Positions 27,783 through 37,687 of a stretch of DNA of 58,552 nt are shown here, in pieces. The translations under genes and the position numbers were made by a program. The notes under the pieces were generated by a model. The model was not told where the DNA came from, searched no databases, and saw only the letters and a list, made by a program, of their open reading frames with translations. Every line of letters starts with the position of its first letter. Within the stretch, counting starts at the first letter, position 1. Location of the stretch: sequence record DRR378314_1251; one strand, written 5' to 3'.

Positions 27783-29272
27783 TACGCGCCTCCCTTGCGA
27801 CAGACGCGCAGGACTTCGGCAGGGCTGGTGTCCTGAGACACCACGTAGCGACGCGCATTGTCGATCAGGCGATCATGGACGCTGAAGGCAGCCTCATCGA
27901 TCTGATGCTCACTGGCTTCACTGCCCAGAAGGTCGCGAATTTCGTGATCAACGGTCAAAAGCTCGTAGATGCCGATGCGTCCATCAAACCCGGTATTGCC
28001 GCAGGAGAAGCACCCATTCGGCTCCCCGACCATGACTGTGTCACCGGAGGAGAAGCCAAGCGCTTCCAGTTCGGCCCCGGTCGCCGGGCGCTCCGTCTTG
28101 CAATTCGGGCAGAGGCGACGCACGAGACGCTGCGCCATCACGGCGCGTAGCGTGGATGCGAGCAAATACGCCTCGACGCCCATGTCGCGCAGGCGGGTAA
28201 TGGCCCCGGCGGCGCTGTTCGTGTGCAGCGTTGAGAGCGCAAGACGCCCCGTGGATGCAAACTCGAACGCGACTTCGGCAGTCTCGGAGTCCCGGATCTC
28301 ACCCACCATCACGACATTCGGATCCTGGCGCAGAATCGAGCGGAGCGTTGCCGCAAAATTGAGGCCGACCTTGTGGTCCATCTGGGTCTGACTGATGCCC
28401 GGAAGTCCGTACTCGACAGGATCTTCGAGGGTCATGATATTATCGCGGCCATTGTTGAGCCGGGACAGGGAGGCATAAAGAGTGGTGGTTTTGCCGGAGC
28501 CAACAGGTCCGGTCACGAGGATGACGCCGTTCGGCTGGGCCAGCGCATCCGAGAAACGCTCCAGTGTTTTCTCGTCCATGCCCAGTTCCGTCAGGCCCAC
28601 CAGAGCATTTTTCGTGTCCAGCAGGCGCAGCACGACCCGTTCGCCATATCGCGTGGGCAGCGTGGCAACGCGCACATCGATGGACCGCCCGCCAACTGAC
28701 AGAGAGATGCGCCCGTCCTGGGGCAAGCGTTTCTCCGCGATATCCAGCCGAGCCATGACCTTGATACGCGAGACAATCGGCGCAGCCAGCTTTCGGGGGG
28801 GCGTCAAGACTTCAACAAGATCCCCATCAATCCGATACCGGATGGAGAGATTGTTTTCGAACGGGTCTATATGGATGTCCGATGCCCGCCGCTTGATGGC
28901 CTCGTGGATCAAACCATTGATGAGACGAATAACCGGCGCATCATCCTGACCATCCAACAGGTCAGCCGCCTTCGGTAGGTCGTCAATCAGGCTTTCAAGC
29001 CCACCGCGGCTTTCAACAGCAGCGTCAATGTCGTCATCCGCCATGGGACCGGTTGCAAACGCTTCGGCCAGGATCTGGTCATACTTGTCCTTGTCAAAAG
29101 CCTCGACCGCAAACACGTCGCCAAGCGCGCGGCGCGCCTCGATCAGAGCCAATGGGTCAGCCCCCTGACGGACAGCAACCGTTAGGCGGTCACGTCCGGA
29201 CAGGACGACCAGACCTTTGTCCTTTGCAAAGGCATAGGTGAATTGTGTGGGGGTGAGTTCAGACGGCATCAT
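27782..29272 (-). CDS. gspE: Type II secretion ATPase E
   Basis: Walker A GPVGSGKTT, LEDPVE, LRQDPNVVMVGEIRD, two CxxC motifs. Confidence 0.97.
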   Translation of the reverse strand: MMPSELTPTQFTYAFAKDKGLVVLSGRDRLTVAVRQGADPLALIEARRALGDVFAVEAFDKDKYDQILAEAFATGPMADDDIDAAVESRGGLESLIDDLPKAADLLDGQDDAPVIRLINGLIHEAIKRRASDIHIDPFENNLSIRYRIDGDLVEVLTPPRKLAAPIVSRIKVMARLDIAEKRLPQDGRISLSVGGRSIDVRVATLPTRYGERVVLRLLDTKNALVGLTELGMDEKTLERFSDALAQPNGVILVTGPVGSGKTTTLYASLSRLNNGRDNIMTLEDPVEYGLPGISQTQMDHKVGLNFAATLRSILRQDPNVVMVGEIRDSETAEVAFEFASTGRLALSTLHTNSAAGAITRLRDMGVEAYLLASTLRAVMAQRLVRRLCPNCKTERPATGAELEALGFSSGDTVMVGEPNGCFSCGNTGFDGRIGIYELLTVDHEIRDLLGSEASEHQIDEAAFSVHDRLIDNARRYVVSQDTSPAEVLRVCRKGGA

Positions 29273-31218
29273 TTCGGGGGCGGGCTTCCCAGCACTTCCG
29301 TGATGAAATTGTCGATGGAGGATGTGCCATCGCTTTCACCTTCCCACAGTTCTTCGGCACGAATGTAGTTGTAGGACCGGCTGGTCGCACCTGCCGCATC
29401 CTTACGGTCACGAATAACAGTTGGGCGGATGAAGACCATCAGATTGGTCCGGCCGAGGGATTTTCCTTCCGTGCGGAACAACCGACCCGCAACCGGAATG
29501 TCCCCCAGCACCGGAACTTTCTGATTGGAAAATTCCTCTGTCTGCTCGATCAAGCCGCCGAGCACGATGATTTCACCATCATCCGCGATTACACTGGTTG
29601 AGATTTCACGCGTGTTGAAGACGACATCGGTGACGCCGGCGGCGATAGCCCCCGCAACATTCGACACTTCCTGTTCGATCTGCATGCGAATTGTATTGTC
29701 GTTGGAAATGCGTGGCGTGACGGTAAGAGACACACCAACATCCTTTCGCTCGACCGTGGTGAACGGGTTGCTGTTATCATCACCCAGGACCTGTCCCGTT
29801 GTGATCGGCACGTTCTGACCGACCAGAAGCGAGGATGTTCCATTGTCGAGAGTCATATTGAACGGCTTCGACAAGATACGGGAGTTCGTATCGGCCTCGA
29901 CAGCTGTCAGCACCGCGCCGAACAGCGTATCGCCATCCTGTCCGCCTACGCCAACGGTCAGACCGGTCAGGCCGAGCAGGGAGTTGAGGGCTGCGGTGGT
30001 CAGCGCCTCATTGACAGTCTCATCATCGCCGGAGAAAGGCGTATCATCGCTGATCGCGCCTGCCAGAGTCAGCAGGTTCGGGGCAGATGCGGAAAAATTG
30101 GTTGTCGCAAATGGCGTCGAATTGCTGCCCGTGCCGGACAGCAGGAATTGCAGGCCAAGTTGGCGCGCCGTGTCGTCTGACATTTCGACGATGATCGCCT
30201 CGACGAGAACCTGGGCCCTGCGACGGTCCAGGTCAGAGATCACGCGCTCAAGGCTGAGGAGTGTTTCCGGCGCGGCGCTGATCACGAGCGAATTCGTGGA
30301 ATCATGATGCGCGATGGTTGTTGCCTCGTTCGGCTCCGCAAGACCGCGGCGCTTGTCGATCGCATATGCGACTTGCTGAAGAATTGGCACGACCTCGTTT
30401 GCGTCAGCGTTGTTCAGCGGAACTACACGGATCGTGTCTTTCAACCGGTCGCGTCCGTCCAGGTCGGCTGTAACCAGTTTCGCCCGCTCAACCGCCGCAG
30501 GATCCCCCCGGAGGATGAGCGCATTGCCGGCTTCTGATGCGATGGCCTTGAAATTGGTCTTGTAGCTGTCTTCAGACGTGCTCGCGTTCAGCGACGTAAG
30601 GATGCTCGCCACTTCCGTGGCAGATGTGTTCGCCAACTGGATGGTCGCTGTCACGGACGGGTCGACATCAATATTGCCAACCATGTTCCGCAGGCGCGGT
30701 ACGTTGGACGCATAGTCGACGACCACGAGCGTATTTGACTGGCTGTTGGCGATCACCTGCCCCTGCTCATCAATAATCGGCTTCAGCATTTTCGCCGCTT
30801 CCACCGCGTTCACATGCTTCAGATTGAAGATCTCCGTAGTGAACGCGTTTGAGCCGTAGGCAGACATACCGGCCTCACCAACAGCGCTCTGTTCCGGGAC
30901 AATGCGATAAGTTGCCTTGCCCGCCGGGATCGCCGCGAAACCATGCACGCGAAGCGATGACAGGAAAACATCGAAGACCTGCTGGCGCGTCAACGGCGTG
31001 GTCGAAGACACGGTGATGCGCTTGGTGCGCGCTTCGGGGTGAACCACGAATGTGTATCCGGTGACCGTCGACACATCCGCAATCAGGGCCGAAAGTTCAA
31101 CGTCTTCGAAGTTGAGCACATGACGCGCTGTATCTGAAGGCGCCTGATTGGCGAGGGCAAAAGCGGACGGTGTCGCCGCTATGAACGCTGTTGCAGACAA
31201 GAGGGTTTTGAGTTTCAT
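29269..31218 (-). CDS. gspD: Type II secretion secretin D
   Basis: Signal peptide, N-domains, QVLVEAIIVE and VPVLGDIPVAGRLF secretin motifs. Confidence 0.96.
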   Translation of the reverse strand: MKLKTLLSATAFIAATPSAFALANQAPSDTARHVLNFEDVELSALIADVSTVTGYTFVVHPEARTKRITVSSTTPLTRQQVFDVFLSSLRVHGFAAIPAGKATYRIVPEQSAVGEAGMSAYGSNAFTTEIFNLKHVNAVEAAKMLKPIIDEQGQVIANSQSNTLVVVDYASNVPRLRNMVGNIDVDPSVTATIQLANTSATEVASILTSLNASTSEDSYKTNFKAIASEAGNALILRGDPAAVERAKLVTADLDGRDRLKDTIRVVPLNNADANEVVPILQQVAYAIDKRRGLAEPNEATTIAHHDSTNSLVISAAPETLLSLERVISDLDRRRAQVLVEAIIVEMSDDTARQLGLQFLLSGTGSNSTPFATTNFSASAPNLLTLAGAISDDTPFSGDDETVNEALTTAALNSLLGLTGLTVGVGGQDGDTLFGAVLTAVEADTNSRILSKPFNMTLDNGTSSLLVGQNVPITTGQVLGDDNSNPFTTVERKDVGVSLTVTPRISNDNTIRMQIEQEVSNVAGAIAAGVTDVVFNTREISTSVIADDGEIIVLGGLIEQTEEFSNQKVPVLGDIPVAGRLFRTEGKSLGRTNLMVFIRPTVIRDRKDAAGATSRSYNYIRAEELWEGESDGTSSIDNFITEVLGSPPPK

Positions 31219-32141
31219 CGGGATCGGGCCTCCTCTGGCGCGAGCGTGTGGTCGAATGTTTGTCCATCGCGGTCGAGCGTCAGCCGAACCGGGGCGGGAT
31301 CTGAAAATTTGCGGGCAAGTTCTGCGGGCGGCACGTCTGTGATCGCGGCGCCGTCGAGGCCGATCACGACATCACCCGGTCGAAGGCCGGCCTGGATGAG
31401 AACAGTCTCATCGCCGCGCGAGCCGATCCGGTAGCCAACGAAATCGGTTCCGCGGTGAACCGGATCAATCGTGATGCTGGATACCAGATCCGCGCGCGCG
31501 ACCCGGGATGTCGTTGTATTGGGAGACAAGCCGTCGCGCGCCTCGTTACTGCCGGGAGTTGTCAGCACTGACAGTAATCCCGCGCCGCCCTCCATGAGCA
31601 GGGCTTCGGTTTGTCCCGCCTTTCGGAGGGTCACCCGATCTGCATAGATACGGTGAAGTGTGACGCCATCCAGAATGACTTCTCCCGGCCTGTAGGCCGC
31701 AGTCTCGTTGTTCGGTGTCGTGATCCAGGCAATGCCATCGGCCTCGTCTGAAGAGGCGCGGACGCCGCGGAGACGCAAGTTCAGGCTGGTCTCCGGAGCA
31801 TCGGGTGTGTCGGCCAGAATCGCCGCACCGGCACCGAAGGGATTCTCATGAATCAATCGGGATGTATCCACCGCGATTGCTGATGTCGTGACCATTGGTC
31901 CCTGTACCGAAGCACGTACAGGAATGTCCGGCGACACAGCCCCGCCGGGCTCAATGGCAAGCCAGGCGAGCTTGGCAGCGCTCAGGCCGAGTCCGATCAC
32001 AAGAACGGCTTCAATTGCGCGCAATGCCGGGCTGGCACCCTGCCGCGCGATCTTCGCAAGAGATTCGAACCGTTCCACGCTCAACTCGACCCACTTTCCC
32101 CGGTCTTTCAACGACCAATGGGCTCGCGATTCGTGTCGCAA
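31215..32141 (-). CDS. gspC: Type II secretion protein C (TM, HR and PDZ domains); true start may be about 32084
   Basis: APETSLNLRLRG HR domain; GLRPGDVVIGLDG PDZ motif; first gene of the operon. Confidence 0.88.
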   Translation of the reverse strand: MRHESRAHWSLKDRGKWVELSVERFESLAKIARQGASPALRAIEAVLVIGLGLSAAKLAWLAIEPGGAVSPDIPVRASVQGPMVTTSAIAVDTSRLIHENPFGAGAAILADTPDAPETSLNLRLRGVRASSDEADGIAWITTPNNETAAYRPGEVILDGVTLHRIYADRVTLRKAGQTEALLMEGGAGLLSVLTTPGSNEARDGLSPNTTTSRVARADLVSSITIDPVHRGTDFVGYRIGSRGDETVLIQAGLRPGDVVIGLDGAAITDVPPAELARKFSDPAPVRLTLDRDGQTFDHTLAPEEARSR

Positions 32142-32247
32142 GCCCTTTCACTCAATCTCTCAACCTGGATCAGATCGCGACGTTTGGTCGGCGTCTCACC
32201 AGATAACTCTTTAACTCGCGCGGATTCTCGCGAACCGCGCCTGCCAA

Positions 32248-32625
32248 TCAGGTCAGCAGATCCACCGGCACATCGAGGGCGTCTGCCAATCGCTTCGCCG
32301 TCTTCAGGCCGTAAGACATTCCGCGCTCGATCGCCGAAATGTGGTTCGGCCGGATGCCGCACAAATCACTCAAGTCCTTCTGCGTCATCAGTCGGTATTG
32401 CCGGACAACCCTTACCGGGTTTTCGCCCTCGCGAATCCGCTCAGAGACTTCCTCCGGCACATTTGCGGCGGCATCGCTTTCGACCGAGTTCAGTTGCTGC
32501 GCCAGGCCAGCGACCGACTGTTCAAGGTCAGACACCTTCTTCTCAAGGTCCAACACCTTGATTTCCAAGGAATAAACCAGCTCAAAGTCGCTTGACACAG
32601 CTATGCCCCTCTGCAGTTGCTGCAC
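32248..32625 (-). CDS. XRE-family HTH protein with N-terminal coiled coil
   Basis: GENPVRVVRQYRLMTQKDLS...ISAIERG...LADALDV. Confidence 0.85.
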   Translation of the reverse strand: MQQLQRGIAVSSDFELVYSLEIKVLDLEKKVSDLEQSVAGLAQQLNSVESDAAANVPEEVSERIREGENPVRVVRQYRLMTQKDLSDLCGIRPNHISAIERGMSYGLKTAKRLADALDVPVDLLT

Positions 32626-32764
32626 CGATATGCGCTTTTCTGTACGGTTTAATGTCGGGAGTAATAAAGTTCTGTGACAGCCTCAGCCGGTGTCCCGTCT
32701 TGCGGGCCATAATCGCTTAACCGAATCGCCGCCTCCTCAGGCTACGCGATTTCGGGAGCTGACC

Positions 32765-33070
32765 ATGTCGATTAAATGGGTTCGCCGCAGGGCGCATATG
32801 CGCCGCCTTCCGTCCGGCCAAACTGTTGAGGTTGCGGCCTCCTGGATGCCCATTGAACGCAATGAAAGCGGTAGTCCGGAACGATCGAGCCATTCCGCGT
32901 GCCCAATCTGCGGCGCGCCGATCCTCAGCCAGCGCATGCCAAATGGCGGCTGGGTTCACTATGAGCGCCACCGCAATTTCAGCCGGATCAAACATCCCTG
33001 CTTTTATAGAGGGGATGATATGGCCCCGGCACGCGACGAGGAAACAGGCGACCTATTCGCAGAGCTCTGA
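32765..33070 (+). CDS. Small hypothetical protein with putative zinc-binding motif
   Basis: CPICG and KHPC; ATG 32765 with GGGAG RBS. Confidence 0.6.
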   Translation: MSIKWVRRRAHMRRLPSGQTVEVAASWMPIERNESGSPERSSHSACPICGAPILSQRMPNGGWVHYERHRNFSRIKHPCFYRGDDMAPARDEETGDLFAEL

Positions 33071-33218
33071 CGCGCACATTTCACCCCGCTCACACGATTA
33101 TGGAGTACACATTTTCGCGCACCCATGAGCATTGGGGATGATCTCGCCCCTGCGCGGTGTTACCAGTCCTGTTCAAACGGCAAGCGAACGCGCGCCGATG
33201 TAATACAGGATCATCGTC

Positions 33219-35606
33219 ATGACGAATTTCGACGCACTGAAATCCATGGAACAACGCCTGCTCTGGCTGTCATCCTGGATCGTGCACAACGCCAACCATC
33301 TTCGCCCAAAGGAAGACGGAGACGTTAAAGTCGGCGGCCATCAGGCTTCCTGCGCGTCGATGGTGTCCATCATGACCGCGCTCTACTTCCACACACTGCG
33401 CCCGGAAGACCGCGTTGCGGTGAAGCCCCACGCATCACCTGTCTTTCACGCCATGCAATACATGATGGGAAACCAGACGCGCGAAAAACTCGAAAATTTT
33501 CGCGGCTATGGCGGCGCCCAATCCTATCCCAGCCGCACCAAGGATGTGGATGACGTCGACTTCTCCACAGGATCGGTCGGGCTTGGCGTTGCAATCACGG
33601 CCTTCGCCTCCTTGATGCAGGACTATCTGGAAGCGAAGAATTGGGCCGGCGACCGAAAACTGGGGCGCATGATCGCTCTGGTTGGCGATGCCGAACTCGA
33701 CGAAGGCAATGTCTATGAATGCCTGCAGGAAGGCTGGAAGCATGGCCTGCGCAATACATGGTGGGTGATCGACTATAATCGCCAGAGTCTGGACGGCGTG
33801 GTCCATGAGGGGCTTTGGGAAAAAATTGACGCGATCTTCAAGGCGTTCGGCTGGCGAACCGTGGTGCTGCGTCACGGCGTGTTGCAACGAGCCGCCTTTG
33901 AAGAACCCGGTGGTGAGGCGCTGAAGGTATGGATCCAGTCCTGTCCGAATGCTGACTACTCCGCCCTCACCTATCAGGGCGGCGCGGCATGGCGCAAACG
34001 CCTGTTGGACGATATTGGCGACCAGGGCGATGTTACAGCCTTGTTGGAAAAGCGAAGCGATGAAGAGCTAAGCGCGCTCATGAACAATCTGGGCGGGCAG
34101 TGCGTTCAGACGCTGACAGATGCTTTCGACAGCATCAACGGTGATCAGCCTACTGTCTTCCTTGCCTACACGATCAAGGGCTGGGGCACACCGCTGGCCG
34201 GACACAAGGACAACCATGCCGGCCTGATGAACCCGCCGCAAATGGCAGACTTCCAGAAGCGCATGAATGTGCCCGAAGGGCAGGAATGGGAGAGACTGGC
34301 AGGCATCGACGATCCCGACGCGCTTCAGGCACTGATGGACACTGCCGCCTTCTTCGCAGAGGGGCGCCGCCGCTTTGAAGCCCCACGAGTGGAGAGCTCC
34401 GGGCCGGTATTCCTTGACGATCGAAACCAGTCGACTCAGGCAGGCTTCGGAAAGATTCTGGACGCAATTGCCAAATCTGACAGCGAACTGGCGGACCGCA
34501 TCCTCACCACTTCGCCTGACGTTACTGCATCAACCAATCTTGGCCCATGGGTAAACAGGCGCAGCCTGTTCGCACGCGAGTCCAAGGGAGACACGTTCCG
34601 GGAACAGAGAATCCCCTCGACGCAGAAATGGCAGTTCTCCCCCGAGGGCCAGCATATCGAACTTGGCATTGCCGAAATGAATTTGTTCTTGATGCTGGGC
34701 GCAGCGGGATTGTCACACAGCCTCTTTGGTGAACGTATCCTTCCCATCGGCACAGTGTATGACCCCTTTGTGGCGCGTGGCCTCGATGCGCTGAATTATG
34801 CCTGCTATCAGGATTCCCGCTTCATCATTGTCGGAACGCCATCGGGCGTCACGCTGGCCCCGGAAGGTGGCGCGCACCAGTCTATCGGCGCGCAGCTAAT
34901 CGGCATGAGTCAGGACGGACTGGTCTCATTCGAACCGGCATTCCTGGATGAGTTGTCCATCATCATGGATTGGTCGTTCGACTACCTTCAGCGCAGCGGC
35001 GAAGGCGACCCCGATGAACGCACATGGCTCCGCGATGAAACAGGCGGCTCCGTTTATCTTCGGCTGACCACCCGCTCCATTGACCAGCTTGGCCTCAAAG
35101 CACGCGACGACGCAGAGTTTCAGCGCGGCGTTGTCGATGGTGGCTATTGGCTGCGCGAACCCGGTCCGAACTGCGAAGTCGTGATCGCCTATCAGGGCTG
35201 TGTCGCGCCGGAGGTAATTGAAGCGGCCGGCCGCATCGGCAATGATCGCCGTGACATCGGCGTATTGGCAATTACCTCAGCTGACAGACTGAATTCGGGC
35301 TGGACCGCCGCAAGGCGTGCGAGAGCCAGAGGTCATGTGGATGCTACCAGCCAGATTGAACGACTGATGGGGTCGGTCTCACGCGATGCAACCCTGATCA
35401 CGGTGACGGATGGCCATCCGGCGACGCTGGCCTGGATCGGCTCGGTCATGGGACACCGCACAGCGCCGCTCGGCGTGGAGCATTTCGGTCAAACCGGCAC
35501 AATCAACGATCTCTATCGGCACTTCATGATTGATGCCGACGCCATCGTCTCCGCCGCAAACCACCTCTCAGCCGGGCGCAAGATACGCCTCGCGAAACAG
35601 ATCTGA
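33219..35606 (+). CDS. AceE-like ThDP-dependent 2-oxoacid dehydrogenase E1 / transketolase-family enzyme
   Basis: GGHQAS, STGSVGLG, GDAELDEG...N ThDP motif, GIAEMN, EGGAHQS. Confidence 0.9.
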   Translation: MTNFDALKSMEQRLLWLSSWIVHNANHLRPKEDGDVKVGGHQASCASMVSIMTALYFHTLRPEDRVAVKPHASPVFHAMQYMMGNQTREKLENFRGYGGAQSYPSRTKDVDDVDFSTGSVGLGVAITAFASLMQDYLEAKNWAGDRKLGRMIALVGDAELDEGNVYECLQEGWKHGLRNTWWVIDYNRQSLDGVVHEGLWEKIDAIFKAFGWRTVVLRHGVLQRAAFEEPGGEALKVWIQSCPNADYSALTYQGGAAWRKRLLDDIGDQGDVTALLEKRSDEELSALMNNLGGQCVQTLTDAFDSINGDQPTVFLAYTIKGWGTPLAGHKDNHAGLMNPPQMADFQKRMNVPEGQEWERLAGIDDPDALQALMDTAAFFAEGRRRFEAPRVESSGPVFLDDRNQSTQAGFGKILDAIAKSDSELADRILTTSPDVTASTNLGPWVNRRSLFARESKGDTFREQRIPSTQKWQFSPEGQHIELGIAEMNLFLMLGAAGLSHSLFGERILPIGTVYDPFVARGLDALNYACYQDSRFIIVGTPSGVTLAPEGGAHQSIGAQLIGMSQDGLVSFEPAFLDELSIIMDWSFDYLQRSGEGDPDERTWLRDETGGSVYLRLTTRSIDQLGLKARDDAEFQRGVVDGGYWLREPGPNCEVVIAYQGCVAPEVIEAAGRIGNDRRDIGVLAITSADRLNSGWTAARRARARGHVDATSQIERLMGSVSRDATLITVTDGHPATLAWIGSVMGHRTAPLGVEHFGQTGTINDLYRHFMIDADAIVSAANHLSAGRKIRLAKQI

Positions 35607-35627
35607 CCACTCGCCGTCGCCAGCCGG

Positions 35628-37658
35628 TCACCAGTCAATCTCCGGCTCACCGACCCAGATGGGAGAACTCCATGCGCGCACAGGCCTGTCCTGAAGCGTG
35701 GGAATGGTCACGCGTATAGGCGCCGCCTGTTCTACGCGGGCATAATAGATCGCGTGCCCGACGGCTGGCGCCGTCCACTCTGCTTCGAAGTCCAGCCCCA
35801 GATCTCCGCTGCGATGAAACACCGGCTCCCACTCCGCATCTTCGCCGAACACGTAGCGGTAGACTTCAATCTCCGAGATGCCGGCCGTTCCATGAACTTC
35901 CAGCCGGAAATCAAGCTCCGTCACATCCTCTGAGAGAACACTGCCCATCGGCTGACCATTGGCAGAAAAGTCGAGCAGGATGCGCTCACCTGTCGTGCCA
36001 TACATGGCCCCGTCCCGCATGGATTGCAGGAGTGCGTCACGGGTTAGTTCAGGGGCCATGATAGCCGTTAGTCCGTTGGCGCGTTTGCCCGGCTGTCCGT
36101 TGTGATCGTCTGACGCCGCCAGCGTGAACAGCTTCATCCCCGCCGCCCAGGCGTCTCGCACATAATGCGCCCCGCGTTTCGACAGGGAAAAGCCGGGCGT
36201 ACTTCCCGCATTCTCATAGGATAGCGGGTCGGATGGGTCGTACATCTCACTCTGGCCGTGGGCGCTGAATATCTCGATGTGACGCATCTGTCGCGGGAAA
36301 CGGTGTGAGCCGTCAAAGTTCGCGCCGCCCCAGCCGATGCCTGTGTGATGCGTCGCGACAATCATCTGCTCTCGATCAATATCCTCTTCGAGCGCAGTCA
36401 ATTTGTCTTCGTTCATCCCCCTGCCCGCGCCATACCGTTGGCTTTCAATGGCAGGTCCGGAGCAAGTCGGAAAATAGCCATCCAGATGATAGCCGATACC
36501 GCCTTCGAACCCGAGGATCGTTACGAACTCGCCGGGCGCGTTGTATGACTCACACCAATCCTGGGTCTTTTGCCAGTATCCCGCTTCCAATCCAAACACA
36601 TGATTGGTTAGCGCCGCATAGTCGAGCGCGGAGACATCTCGCGCATATGTATAATGATCAGGATCCGCAAGCGAGCTCAACGCGTCCGCGCTCCAGGCAT
36701 TGTGAGAGTGCAAGTCTCCCCACCACGGCCCGTTCGGCGTGTCCGTAATCCGAACGGGATTGGACAAGGTGCCACTGACATCGAACCGATAGACGCCAGG
36801 TTCGTCAAGAGTGACGACGCGTTCAGCGCGTCCCGTGTACAAGATCATCTCATCAAGGACCTCTCCGTCCAGCGATAGATTCACGCTGTCTTCGCTGGCG
36901 GACAGATTGTCATACTTGTCGCGTGAAATGATCTCTATCTTGAACGGCTCACCCGGCCGTACAGATGACGGCACGATGACTTGCCGGGACGCTGTCGATC
37001 CTGCCTCTACGACAAAGGTCGGGTCCTGTGCCATGCGAACCTTGTTCACATCCACGCGCACCGGAAATGCCCCACTGGCGACCCAGGGCGTGGTGGTGGA
37101 ATAGGTCATGACGACTTCGCCGCCGGGCGGAATATCCGCGCCCTTCAGCACGGCCGTGACCCGCTGGCCGTGACGCTCTGCCGCCGCCTTTCCCACATCG
37201 TCAAACTGCAGCCTGCGGATGCGAAGACTGAATTTCGCCTTCGGTGCATCGGGCGACGTAACGGTGACCGTGTCCCAGAGCATGATCTCCCGCGTGTCAG
37301 CCCGGCCCGTAAATATGTAGCCGATCGCGACGCCGATCACGTCTACAATGGAAGCTGGCTTCTGCAAGGTTTTGGTAAGCGAGTAGCTGAGGTCATAGGT
37401 CAGCGCAGCATTGGGCAGCTGCGTACTGATATTCGAACCGCGCTTGAGACCATCCGGAAAGGCAACTCTGACGCGTATAGGCGCAGATACGTGGGCCGGC
37501 ATGACAGCAGGTTCCACAACGGCAGTAATGTTCGGATTGATCTCTTCCGCTTTCTTCTCGAAAGTTTCCATCCGGCTGATCCTCTGCCACAGGAAGCCCA
37601 CAATAAAGAGAACGGCCACGCCAATCAGAATGTACTTCGCAATACGACGTTTTTTCAT
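35628..37658 (-). CDS. Membrane-anchored DUF3604 / PHP-like metallohydrolase
   Basis: N-terminal TM; WGDLHSH...SAD, TNH, ASDDH, YGTTGERI and AWSSPIW motifs. Confidence 0.8.
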   Translation of the reverse strand: MKKRRIAKYILIGVAVLFIVGFLWQRISRMETFEKKAEEINPNITAVVEPAVMPAHVSAPIRVRVAFPDGLKRGSNISTQLPNAALTYDLSYSLTKTLQKPASIVDVIGVAIGYIFTGRADTREIMLWDTVTVTSPDAPKAKFSLRIRRLQFDDVGKAAAERHGQRVTAVLKGADIPPGGEVVMTYSTTTPWVASGAFPVRVDVNKVRMAQDPTFVVEAGSTASRQVIVPSSVRPGEPFKIEIISRDKYDNLSASEDSVNLSLDGEVLDEMILYTGRAERVVTLDEPGVYRFDVSGTLSNPVRITDTPNGPWWGDLHSHNAWSADALSSLADPDHYTYARDVSALDYAALTNHVFGLEAGYWQKTQDWCESYNAPGEFVTILGFEGGIGYHLDGYFPTCSGPAIESQRYGAGRGMNEDKLTALEEDIDREQMIVATHHTGIGWGGANFDGSHRFPRQMRHIEIFSAHGQSEMYDPSDPLSYENAGSTPGFSLSKRGAHYVRDAWAAGMKLFTLAASDDHNGQPGKRANGLTAIMAPELTRDALLQSMRDGAMYGTTGERILLDFSANGQPMGSVLSEDVTELDFRLEVHGTAGISEIEVYRYVFGEDAEWEPVFHRSGDLGLDFEAEWTAPAVGHAIYYARVEQAAPIRVTIPTLQDRPVRAWSSPIWVGEPEIDW

Positions 37659-37687
37659 AAAACTCCCTCCCCGGAGCTTATTTGAAA

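Noticed and set aside
35600-35630. Left att site of a tRNA-anchored island
   Set aside because: No duplicate of the tRNA 3' end and no integrase or transposase seen
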